The notes beneath the pieces are model-generated. The model had not been told where the DNA came from and searched no databases. It worked only from the letters and a program-made list of their open reading frames with translations. A stretch of DNA of 64,000 bases from Mobula hypostoma (Eukaryota): positions 134,976,001 through 135,040,000 of the forward strand of contig NC_086097.1 of the NCBI RefSeq assembly GCF_963921235.1, in the 5' to 3' direction. A program made the position numbers and the translations under genes. This document shows, piece by piece, positions 39,101-51,226 of this stretch (position 1 is the stretch's first letter; each line of letters opens with the position of its first letter).

Positions 39101-42100
39101 TATTGCAACATGGTACTGTATGTACTGCACATTCACCCAGGTGACCAACAATCATGGACATAAACAAATGTGCTTCCCTTGAGACTTCTAGTCCAAACAG
39201 ATTACGTAATATTCCACAGTGCAGTACAAGAGGACTCTGATACACTGCACTATCCAAGCACCATTTTCTAGAATCTCATCACTCTGTATCCTCCTCTCCT
39301 TTCAGGTGCTGCTTGAAATCCAGGTGTCTAAACCAAGCCTTTGGTTGCCACTCCTAATCTCCACTTTTTCCACTGTGCCTTTTGCTTTAGAAATATTACA
39401 AAGATGCAAGCCGCTGGTGGACAGATGACATGTGGCCACTTCCCCTCAATGTAGATGTCAGCAGAGCCACCTCCCAATGTACTGTGGCAGCTCACTGCCA
39501 CCTTCACCACCTTCCTGAGGGCCGTTAAGTGTGGCCAGTAGTCGGTAGTCTTGCTCTTGGACTGTAGAACTCCTGGAACTTTGAAAGAACTTGACAAATC
39601 AAATTATCTCTCACAACAAGAAGTTTCAACCTTTTTTGTTCCCGCATTGTTAGCAGTGCTGGTTTAGCTGCATTTATCGTCAAGGCTGGAGATGATGTAA
39701 GTGAGCTCTTCCCAACCTTGTGTTGGTAGGTAGAGTAGGGTAGCAGGGTGACAAAGAAGGACAGCACTACCTGCTCAAGCATGCCCCTGATGGTCTGTTC
39801 ATTACTGTGAGGTCTTTTGGTTTTTTGATGTTTTCATTTCAATTCCTTCATAAGTTGTGGGCATTGCTGTCCAGGCCAGTATTTATCGTTCATTGCAACT
39901 GTCCTTTCTGGAAAATGACAGAAGGCATATAGAAGTCAATCACATTGTTGAACCTGGAGTCACAAGAGGCCAGACTGGATAAAGATGGCAGATTTCTTTA
40001 AGCAGGTGAAAGGAGTGAATTTTTACATCTGCCTGGTAGTTTTACTGGCACCATTATTAATGTTGTTTATTTCAGATTTACTTAATGAACTAAATGTAAA
40101 TTTCAAGATATTGTGGTGGGATTTGAAGTCCAAATCAATCTAGAAGACTAGCTTGATACAAAACACTCCCTCCAGCTCCCCTCTTTACCACCTTCCCTTT
40201 ATTCCATGGTCCAATGCTCTGGCCAATCAGATTCCTTCTTCTTCAGCCCTTTGTCACTTCCACCTGTCTCCCAGTTTCTTACATCTTTCCTTCTCTCCCC
40301 CTCCCTCACCACTTCACCTGGATCCGCCTATCACCTGCCAGCTCTCACTCCACCCTCACCCCGACCTTTTGAAATCGACTATCTCCCCTCTTTCTTTCCA
40401 GTCCAGATGAAGGGTCTCAACCTGAAACATCAATCGTCCATTTTCCTCCACAGATGCCGCCTGACCCCCCTGTGTTCCTCCAGCATGTTACATTGGTTCC
40501 TGTACCCAGAGAAGTGGCTAGGAGGTCACCACAGTGGCAACTACAGTGCCTCCTGTGGACCAGTGGGCACATCAGCAGTGTCCTGTAGGTGAAAGGGAGG
40601 GATATCGAGTAGACCTCACGCTGAGTTAGGTAACAAGCTTGTTTTTGAAATGTATTTATTTATTACGACAGTCATATGTTTGCAGCTTTAAATAGCATCC
40701 ATGGAGCAGGTGCAACAGGAAAAGTTCAAACAAAGTGACTCACAGGATGGGACCGTGTGTTTGTCTTGTGATAGCTTGTGGTAATTTGATCTCAGGAAGA
40801 GAGATCATTGATTCTGCAACGACAACTGTAGGAGAGGTCGAGGAGAGGGCTATGGGCTTCGGAGGGCTGCAATTCTGTTTTCCCTCTCCTATCTCCATGA
40901 GAAGCTTTCTCAATATGTGTGGACTGAAGTGAACTTGTATTCCAGTTCTTGCATCCCTACCTTTCAGAGCTGGTACTGACCCCACTCCCCAGGCAAAGCA
41001 ATGATGAAATAAGGAAGATCTACACCAGCAGGTGGCAAAGCCAACAACACTTGGCTGTTTTCACAGTTGCCTGATGCAACCAACTGCCTCACCTCTCAAC
41101 AAAATCCCCTCAAGAAAATATTTCTGTGGGTTTTAAATAAGTTTTAACAACAAGCTGATTTGTCAGGTTAACTGGCTGACAACTGGATCAACATTTATTA
41201 CATGGATGGCAACTGAAAAACAAATGGGTTGTTAATTCTGCAAGTGCTGATAATTGCTTGGCCTTTATTATATAAATACATATTGCGGCCTCCAGGAATC
41301 TAAGGTATCTGTAATCTAAAAGAGTCAAGGTTTGCATTTCCATTCCGCCTTTCACAGACTCAATTCGCTTTACAGGCGTGATCACTGTTCTAAAGTTTGA
41401 AACGACACAGCAAGCTCCCACAGCTTGTATTATTGGTAGACATCCAGCAAAGAAACAGGCCCCTCATTTGATCATCACCCATTTACACCTGTCTGACACT
41501 AATCCCGTTTTATTCTCCCCACACTCTCATCTACCTCCCCCAGATCCCACCATTCACCTACACACTAGGGCCTTTTACAGCAGCCAGTTAACCTACTCAT
41601 CTGCTTGCCCTTAGCATCTTTGGAATCACTGCGAGGAACCCACAGTTACAGGGAGATTGAGTAAACCCCACACAGCCCCAAAGATCAGGGTGGATCTTGG
41701 ATCATTGGCATTGTGGGGCAGCGGCTCGACCACTGAGCCACCCAGGAGTGTGATATTGCTGAAGGATAAATACTTGCCCATGGCCCCAAGGGGACAGCTC
41801 TTGTTGTATTCTTTGTAATCTTAAACCTGCTGCAGGATCATCTGATCTCCATCATTAATATGGCCAAATTATTACTAATGTTCCCAGGAATTGGACGGCT
41901 GTGCTCTGGGACACCACATAGACACTCGGTGCAAAGACGACATTGTTCCCTGTCACTTACCCAAGGTCACAGGAGACTGAAAAATCAAATGGTCTGAAGA
42001 AGCTGGAAATCTGATAAAGACACTTTGACCTACAAAAGAACATGTGAGGAAATGGGAACAGGAATAGGGCAATCGCCTCCCTCTGTACTACCCCACCTAT

Positions 42101-43094
42101 TCAACATTGTCATGGCGATCTGCCGGTGCTCAGCTCTTCTGTGCCAGATCCCTGAACTCCTCTATCACGCAATCTTTCAAAAATTAATCTCCCGCTCCTA
42201 TAAATAACTCAATGACCCAACCTCCACTATCCCCACAGAGTAAAGGAATTTCAGAGATTCACTTCCCTGTGAGAAGAAATTCCTCTGCACCTCAGCTTCA
42301 ATGAATGCCCCTATCTCTCATAATTAAAACAACCTCAATCATTAACTCTGTTTCTCTGTTCATTGATCCTCACCATTGTTTTCTGTTCAGTCTTTCCTGC
42401 TTTAACCACGAATAGTTCAGCAAATCCCTGGAGTTTCGGAAATGACAGGCGTGGGTTTTCTCTAACAGAATTTTCTGTGTCAAGGTTTGCCTGGTATGAT
42501 TCTTGTGAAGCATCTTGGCATGCCTTATAATGTTCAATGCAGGTTCGTTGAACCACATTTCCAACCTCACCAGACTTGGTGTTGTTTCCATGATAACAAA
42601 GCCAAGCCAAGCAAATCTCTGGAAGGTCTATGCTTCCCTTGATCCTTTCCTCACTATCTTGGGCAACATTCTACATTCCTTGTCCTTGACATTCAAACTT
42701 GGGGAACTGATTTTTCCCTTTTCACCTAATGTCCACCACAATAGAAATTGTAGTAGAGTCCTCTTGAAGCCCAGCTCAGCAACACACCCTTCGGCCCACC
42801 AAGTCTATGCTGACCAACTAGTACCTCTCGGTACTAATCTCACTTAACAGCGATTGATCGCTAGCCTGTGATGACTTGGTGATTCAAGTGCTCATCCGGA
42901 TGCTTCTTAATGTTAGTTGGCTGCACTCTTGCCTAAATGAGAAACGAACTGAGCAAAATCCAGACTGGAATTTCGGTGTAGAGCTTGGAGAGTGCAGCAA
43001 AGTCTACGGTATTACTCATAAACAAATCCCCATCTGTCCTTGCAAGGGGACAGTAAAAATTCCCATTTAAAGAAGAGGTGAATTTTGAGGAGTA

Positions 43095-43530
43095 TTAAAG
43101 ATAGAGGGGGAGGGGATAGACAGAGAGAGGAGGGAGGGAAAAGGGGGTGGAGGAGAAGGAAGGGAAGAGAAAGAAGGGGCGAAGGAGCGAGGAAGGTGAA
43201 AGAGGGAGCGGGATGAGTAGAGGGACGGAGAGGGGGGAAGGAGAGGGGAAGGAAACAGAGGGAAAGGGAGAGAAGGAACAATGGAGGAGGGCAGAGTGAG
43301 AGGGAGAAAGAGGAATGGGGTGGGAAAGGAAGAGAGGAGAGGGGGTTAAGAGGGCGGAAGGAGGAAAAGAAGGTGGAAGAGAGGGGAGAGAGGGGAACAA
43401 AGATGAGGAAGGAGAGAGGTAAAGGACAAAGGGAGGGAAGGAGAAAGGAGGGAGGGAGTGGTGGGGAGAGCACAGAAAGAGGGAAAGAGGGAGGTGAAAC
43501 AGAGCAATGGTCAACAATAGTGGAGAGAGG
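43095..43530. repeat. Polypurine low-complexity tract
   Basis: About 430 nt almost entirely G/A on +. Confidence 0.9.
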
Positions 43531-44279
43531 GGAAATAGCTAGAAATGCACAAGTAAGGACTTGCTGGATATAAATTGTTTGCTGAGTTTTACACGCTATT
43601 GAGAAGTAGTTGCTGAGGTCAAGGGTGGTGGGGTGGGGTGGGGGGATGAGATTTTAAGCGAATGCAAGTTTGGGAGACCTAGTGAGGATTTAATTCCTTC
43701 GTCAGATTGGGGGAAAACGAAGGAATATCTAAATTAGTTGGTAAGTGCATTAGGGAAGAACCAAAGGTAAATACGATGCCAGTGGTAGAGCAATCTGGTA
43801 GCCACACTACCTGAAGGGATGATGGGAGCAGAAACACTCAAAGAATTTAAAATTAGCTCTTAAAGAGAGGTGGTGGACCAAGTGTCTCTTTTCTGTGCTT
43901 TAGATGCTATTTATAACACAGAAAGGGGCATAAGGCCCAGTGCATTCATGCTGGCCCCAAAATGCAGCCAGTAATTCGCCCACCCTTCAACCAGTAACAC
44001 GAGTTGGACACGGCTTTGGGGCCAGAGTTAGAATCCTGGAAATTTACAGCATGAAAGGCCTTTCAGCCTAATGTTTCCATGCTGCTTGAGAATGAACTTC
44101 AGGTTAAATTGCATTCCTTGTTCTGGGTCTGTAGCCCTTCACGCACAACTTTCTGAAAATGGCGGGGCCACTGTATCAATGTTATTTTGCAAATCATACT
44201 TCGCTTGGTGGTTTTACTGGGGGCTTAGTGCATGGCAAAGAGAGTCAACTCGTGGAAAAAGTAAAACGAGAAGTTCTTA

Positions 44280-44550
44280 GAGTCGCATATTTACTGCGGA
44301 ACACAGCGAATTGTGTAAACTGCAGCAGGTCACGCTGTTCAGACAGAAAAACAATGTGCCACGTGAAAGAGGCTGCGTGACGTTTGGGATCACACCGTGC
44401 TACCCGAGCGGCAGCCTGGGATGAAGGGGGCGGGGCCGCGCACTCTTCCGGCAACATAGGTTTGCGAGGATAAATAGGAGGCACGGTGCAAATCTCCCTC
44501 TTAATTAAATCCCGCAAAGCAGAGGAAGAAGGCAGGAGACAAACAAACAA
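44280..44550 (+). promoter_or_regulatory. FBXO32: FBXO32 proximal promoter
   Basis: CpG-enriched relative to the window; TATTTAC (44288-44294) and GTAAAC (44315-44320) forkhead-type sites; CACGTG (44360-44365); TGACGT (44378-44383); GC box GGGGCGGGGC (44427-44436); TTCCGG; TATA-like GGATAAATA (44468-44476), about 320 nt before the ATG. Confidence 0.75.
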
Positions 44551-44796
44551 GCAACAGTAGCAGACAAGACTGTGGAAAGTGCAGATGCAATAAAGTATAG
44601 AGGAAGGAGTTGCTTTGAAAAAGAAATTCGCAGCACACTTGAACATCGCGACTGCGCAAAACTTTTATCAGAGCGAGTGCATCCCTACTTAAAGGAAGCA
44701 ACACAGCGTTTAACGAGGAGAGGAGGCAAAGTTTCCGCTCAAAGTGAAGGAAAAGGTTTGCAATAACAAGAGTTTACCTTTCCAGGCTCGATCAGG

Positions 44797-44909
44797 ATGC
44801 CTTTCTTAGGTCAGGACTGGCGGTCCCCCGGTCAGAGTTGGATCAAAACCGACAGCGGCTGGAAGAGGTCGAAAGATGATGCAAATAATAACGTTGCTCC
44901 GCTGAACAG
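44797..44909 (+). CDS. FBXO32: FBXO32 (atrogin-1/MAFbx) coding exon 1
   Basis: ATG then [37 protein letters not shown]; donor AG|gtgagt; phase 2. Confidence 0.97.
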
Positions 44910-47900
44910 GTGAGTTTTTAAACCGAGGTCGTGGTGCGCGTTGTCTTGCGTGTGTTAAATTGAGGTTGAAATTGCTGATGTTAATCCCACGGTTGGGAAT
45001 TGCCCAGAGGAAGGGGGAGATGGTAAAAGGCGGGTTAATTTAAAGGAGCAACTGGAGGAAATAGTGACGTTATTTATTTTAAACGGCCAAACAGCTCGGG
45101 CGGTAGCGGTGGACAGAGATAAACAGTGGTTATGTTTCAGGTCGAAGACCTTTCATCTACGTTCTACGGTATCAAAAAGTAACAAATTCAGGGTGACCAG
45201 GACCTTAAAACCTGCAGTTCAGTGATAAAAACAAAATCAATTTTGGAAACAAAATAGTTAATGCACGCATTCTCTGAAAACCCTGTAAATAAGTCGAATT
45301 GGACGAGCATTCGCATTGAAAGGCGAATGCTTCACATCCGGGTTTCAGTGTGTTTAAAATATTGTGAGCGTTGTTTTACTTCAATGCATCACTTCTGTAA
45401 ACGGTTTGAGTTGGATCGTCGCCCGAGACGGATCAGACACCGCAGAAGCAGCTTTTCTTGTCTGTGCAGTGAGGCCAGACTGGCGAGCAAACCGAACAGG
45501 AACACATCGGGCACGGTGTAAAACTCCATAATAAAATGCTTTTAAAAATCCTTTTAAAAATGTGAAGTTTTCTCAATGTATCTGCTTGAGGCTTAAAATT
45601 AATTACGTTGCTGTTAAAAGTTACAGTGAGTGAAGATTTACTTTCTGTGCTGCTGTATCCCAGTTACATTGTGCAGATTCAAGAAGGCGCCTTCTGCTCT
45701 TCATAATGTCAACATCTTTCTTCCCTCGTGATCTACTAATTGTTAACGGCCTTGCAAAATAATCACGCGACGCTCGTCGGTTGCGGTAGATGTTTCCATC
45801 ATTCCCGGCCGACGGGAGCTAAGTTGGAAAAATGATGCGATACGTTTCCTCATTGAGATGAAAGGGTTATCTTGCAGGAGGAATTGGCTGACCTTCATGG
45901 GTGAGCGTCGGGAGGCTTTGTGATGTGGGTGGAATCTCGGCCAACCCCTGTCCACACCTGAATGTTTTCCAACTGTTGTCATGGGGTGATATTCAGCGCT
46001 GCTGGGGACCTTGCCTTGGGTTGTCCAAGTTTGCCACGATAACATCACTAACTACGTTTCTGTAGCACCTATAGCATTGCAAAGTTGTACAAAAGCACAG
46101 AACCTGGCAAAAATGTTCAAGACTCAAGACTGTTTAGTGCCATTTCCAGTATACAAGTCTACAGGGAAATAAACTATTTGTTACTCAGGATCTGATGCAA
46201 CACAAAACAAAAGCGCTAAGATAAAGAACACAATTTAACAAAAATGCTAAAATTGTGAATACATAAGATAGCTTGTGTACATTGATTGCCTGCCTATAAG
46301 GTGAGGAGGCACAGGAGTGTCTGTACATTTGGTGACTGGCAGGAAGTGGTGGAACAGGCTCTTCCAGTCTTTTGAACTGTGCTAGTCTATAGAATTGAAC
46401 TCTGAACTCCAACACCCTGAGATGTCCCTGCGCTGAGCTAACCACTACACAAGCATGGTGCCCACGCGGTGGGTTGGAGGTGTTGTCTTGCTGCTTGGGG
46501 AAAACAACTGTTTTTTGAGTTGGGTGATCCTGGTGTGGATGCTACATAGCCTCCTCCCTGATGGGAGTGGGACAACAGTCAATGAGCAGGATGGGTGGGA
46601 TCCTCTGTGACATTTCCGGCACCTTTCTGGACATGTGTTCTTGCTGGTGGGCAGGCTAGTGCCTGCCATGTGTTGGGCAGTTTTGAAGACCCGTTGATGC
46701 TGCTGGACGTGAGGGAATTTTGGGTCAGTGCCAAAGAAAAAGTACAAAGGAGATAAAGTGTCAATGATTGTGAGGGAGAGAATTGTGGGGTTTAGAGAGA
46801 GGGCAGCAGAAAGCTGCAAAAATGTACAGGTGGCAAGAAGTGGAGAAGTATAGAGATGTTGTGGTCCTGTGACCTTCAATTACCCTACATGGACAGTGCT
46901 CATGGTATATTGTTGTGCGTTTTATCACCTTAATAAAGCATGAGGAATAAATCTATAGTGTTTGCTAAAGGTTGTTTGAAGTTGGCCTTTCATTGTATTT
47001 TTCCCCAGCATCTCTGCATTTGTATAATTTCATTTATTTGTGCAGCGTCATCCAAAAGATGTGCTGTTTACAGAGATTGCTGATGTCTCCTCTTCTTCCT
47101 GCTTCTGTGATCTATAGAGACTGCTGGTTTGGCCAGCTGCCAAATCAGGCTGTCCTACAGGTTTACAATAATAAATGTAGAGATTGGTGGGGAGAAGATG
47201 AAGACCAATATTAACAAGATGCCCTTCTCAGGCGTTGTGTTAGGGAGCACTTGTTCAAGACTGGAAGGCTGAAAGTTTCCCTAAACAGCCTATTAGGGAT
47301 CAGTTGTGGAGTTGTCCAAAGTGACTGGACTGGATGTTTAATTAGCCAGGATCATATGACATGGAAAGTTCAGGTCTGAGCTCAATAACCAGCTCCTGTT
47401 CCCAGACCCTTTCTGTGTTTGTCTGAAATAGCCTTGGGTCAGTCTGCTAGTTTATTTGTTGAGCAGCTGAACCAGTAAGACTAAATAAACTCTGATTTCA
47501 GACCAGATGCTTGGAACAGCTTATGCAGGCAATGTGGTATTTGACATCACTTGGGTGGACTGCTGGCTGTGAAGGCAAGAGGTAGTTCATCTATTGATAT
47601 TGTACAGATGCTCTTTTCCTTCTGCTTTGCTTTTAGCAAATTTCTACGGATGGACTGTGTGGACCATTCTAACTCATTGCGTCGCCGCATGCTGTGGCGG
47701 AACCAATGCATGGGATTGGGAAAAGGGTGCTAGCCTCCCCACCGTTAAGGCTGTCTTCAAAGGTGATGCCTGAAAAAGGCAGCGTCCACCATTGAGGAGG
47801 ACCCTCACCATCCAGGACATGCTATCTTCTCATCACTACCATCAGGGAGGAGATGCAGAAGCCTGAAGACGTGCTTCTTACCCCTCCAATTTAGATTTCT

Positions 47901-50900
47901 GAACAATCCATGAACACAGCCTCAATTGTGCTGGTTTTGCACTATTTATATTTAATATTTTATGTTTGTATCTCATGTGTTTTGAATGTTGGAGGAAACG
48001 GGAGCAACCTGGGGAAAGGGGGGAGAAAGTGTAAACTCTACCCACACCACACTGGAGCGACACTTCTCAATGCAACTCGGCTCAGGTAAACCCACAGTGG
48101 GATGATCAGAATGTGGTATAGAGGCAACAGTCTGCCTCTTCATCTGCCAGGAGTTATTCAACAGCACATAGCAACACCCCAAGCCTGAAATGGAAGGGTG
48201 AGGGCAGCCATGTCCAACGTCACTGCGCTGTGGTACCTGCTGGGAAAAGGCAGCTCTGACCCCACCTCCTACCCTCCGTCGGTGCCGCCAAAAAGGACAA
48301 GAGCAACAGGCATGTGGGAGCACCACCAGCTGCAGCTTCCTCTCCAAGTCGCATACTGCCCATATTTGGAGATGTATCACTGTGGCTAAACCCTGGAACT
48401 CCCTCCTCATTAACACTGGGAGCATCTTCACCAGAAGGACTGCAAAGTTTCATGGAGGAATTTTACCCCCATCTTCTCGGGGCTTTTGGGAATGGGCAAT
48501 GAATATTGACCTGGACAGTGATACATACAGGGGAAAATTTAATTTTAAAATTGCTTTGGCTGTTTCTTTCATTCTCACAGGATTGAAATCCCGTTTTTCC
48601 CTCTCCAGTAGTACTGGGAACACATCCTTTTAGTCAGTTCATGCTTCCACTTCAGTTATGTGATAGACAACTTCCAACAGGGCAGCTGTTGTTCAGTGGA
48701 AGAGGTGGATGGAATATTGCGAGAAAGCCCAGAGTGTTAAATCTCTCTCTGAATGCCCCTTCACTTGTTATTTAAGGAGGGACAAACCAGGAATTCCTTT
48801 GTTAATGAGGATGTTACATTTTCTCGGGAGATTTTGGGAGCTGCCTTGAAGTTTCTTCCTTTCTGGTAAACTCTTGTCATAATATGGCTTGGAGTAAATA
48901 GTCTATTTCAAGCGTCGAGTACCGGGCATGTGAATTGTGGCCTGCTCACCAGAGCTGGTTGTTGTTGATGTCTGATCTGGAGATATTGCCCTCATAGAGG
49001 TCACAGAATTGCTCTTTTGATGAATGATTATTTTTAGGATTTTGTAAAGACATGAGTTTTGGTATCTTGCCATTGTTTTGAGGTGCTTGCAACAGATGGT
49101 CCTTGTGGCCAAAATTCTTGGGTGGGGGATGGGGAGTAAAAGGATCAAATTGTTGGGTTTGGGCTCTTGGTCTTTCCCAGACAGATTCCAAATGCTTATG
49201 ACCTCAATCACTGTGTTGGGCTTGTCAGGCTGCACAGAACCCATGGATTGGTGGCAGTGACCACCCTCTGGTCGGGAATCCCCTGCAGTAGAGGGATAGT
49301 AAGAAAACAGGTGAGAAGTGACCCTCATTCTGTTTGAAAATCCTGCCTCCTTTTTCTTCTAGCCTCTAAATTCATTTGCAACTCCTGTAGGCTACAGCAA
49401 AGTACAATCTTGCAAAAAAAGCAGGAATTGTTTGGGTCACCTTGCACGATTATGCAAGATCTTTGAATGTACAAGACAGATTGTGCCTGTAAGATGCATA
49501 AAAGTGATTTGGTTGCTTTTCTGTCTTGGTTCTTGTGGGCTGTCCTTCCTGAAGCCTGTGGTCAGAAAACCCTCCCCACATAAGTCAGTGATACCTTGAA
49601 AATTTATTAACCAAGCTTGCCCCTCCCCCCACAACCCCCAAGAGTTGTTCAGACTAGAAACTTCAGCCAGAACTTGATTGACGTTCCTTCAGAGAGTGGT
49701 CTAGTGAAATGTGAGATGTGGACTGGCTGTGGCATTAAGTGGTAGGCCAGGGTGATGGGGTGAGAGAAGAGCAAGTAAATACAGCTAATGACACAGTCTG
49801 GGTTGACTGCAGATTTTAGATGTGTTATTGATCTGTGGAAGCGGTTGTTTTGTTTCAGTTCCTCTCCCCTGCACAGCCCAAAGCTGCCTGCCAGGACCTG
49901 ACTTTTTAACGACCAGGCTATGTGCCAAAGAAGCTAGCTTGCAGCCTGCAGAGTAATGTCTTCCAAATTGTTTTCTTCCCCCAACTGTAGATAAGAATGG
50001 ATGGAGCCCAGTGAGGATTGCTAACGTTGTGCTGCATCATTGCATTCTGATCTGCAGAATAGTCTCTGCTCTTTGTAACCCTTTAAAGCTTGCTCCGATG
50101 ATGTGGTTTGAAGTTGCACTGTACACAATTGCTATAAATAACTTGCCCACAGAGGCCTGTTTGCAGCAGAGAAAAAAAATCCCAACTTGAAGGGAACTAG
50201 CAGCCAAAGATCATGAAGTACATTCTGAGTCACGCACTCCCCCCACCCCCCAACCCAGATAAAGAACCAAGGTTTATGGTGGCTACTTAAAATGTCAGGC
50301 AACTTTTCCTTGGTATCTGTTTAATGAAGTGACCAAAGTCTTGAAGTGAAACTTTTTCTTTGTTTCTACATTAAAATTGGGATTTGTAGCACATTTGAAC
50401 TGTTTGACATGAAGCTCCTCCTAATTTCAGCTCCAGTTTCCCTTGAGTATTTCCAAAGATTACAGACCCCTCTTCTCCTTCTTTGGAAGTTGTGATAATT
50501 TCCCAGAACCACTTGTCCTGTCCCATGAAATGTGTCAAGTGTTTCACTCCACGAACTGACCTGTGGCAGTGAAAATTTCCTCATCAGAAGATGAAATGGA
50601 CAGGCAGACAATAGAGGAAAATCTGCCAGATAGAGAAGCTAGCTGTAAAAAGGGGTTGAGGTGGCGGTTAATGCCAGCAGATCTGAGTAGTCCTGGGGAA
50701 GTGACTTGAAGCAGAATGGAGGAGATGCTCAGCTAGCTGGGTAGCATCCGTGCAGAGAGAAACATATAAGGTCCAATATTAATTCTGCTTTCCTTTCCAC
50801 AAGAGAGGCACAGTGGCTCAGCTGCATCACAGCTCCAGGTATTTGTGTCCAGTTCTGGCCCTTGGTACTGGCTTTATGGAGCTTTCACATTCTCTCTCTG

Positions 50901-51119
50901 TGACCATGTGTCTTCCAGGTCTCCCAAAGACACGTGGGTTGTTAGGTTAATTGGTCAGTGTAAATTGTCCTCTGTATGTGAGTGAGTGTAAGAGTATGTG
51001 GGCAAAATGGGATATCGCTGTCCTAGTATACCCCATTTAATAAGGAAATAAAATGTAAGTTGAATTTCTGATAAAGAATTACTCATGTTTCACAATGTGT
51101 TCCTTTCTATCTTTTACAG

Positions 51120-51226
51120 TTTCTGCAATGAAGAATTTAATAAGGAGAACTTTTTGAACAACGTTGAGTATGATTTGATGACAAAAAAAAGAAAGGATCT
51201 TTTGAATAACAATACAAAAATCCAAT
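51120..51226 (+). CDS. FBXO32: FBXO32 coding exon 2 (basic NLS-like KKRK)
   Basis: ttttacag| acceptor; (S)FCNEEFNKENFLNNVEYDLMTKKRKDLLNNNTKIQ; T|gtgagt donor; 107 nt. Confidence 0.93.

Noticed and set aside
39328..39782. Minus-strand ORFs as a tyrosine-recombinase remnant (LRK...CHST...ADIY)
   Set aside because: The resemblance is limited to a few residues with wrong spacing; an HHpred or tBLASTn hit would be needed.
32510..43530. Pyrimidine tract (32510-32770) and purine tract (43095-43530) as a long-range inverted repeat
   Set aside because: Complementary only in composition; I could not find a colinear sequence match.
9149..43573. Ser/Leu/Pro/Glu/Arg-rich ORFs at ~9149-9564, 20989-21466, 29952-30360, 32397-32835 and 43012-43573
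   Set aside because: Translations of microsatellite or low-complexity tracts that lack stops by composition.
42198..50141. MEF2 consensus matches (42198-42207, 43907-43916, 50132-50141) as evidence of enhancers
   Set aside because: A degenerate AT-rich 10-mer is expected multiple times by chance in 64 kb, and the first two lie in or beside CR1 remnants; not supportable without conservation data.
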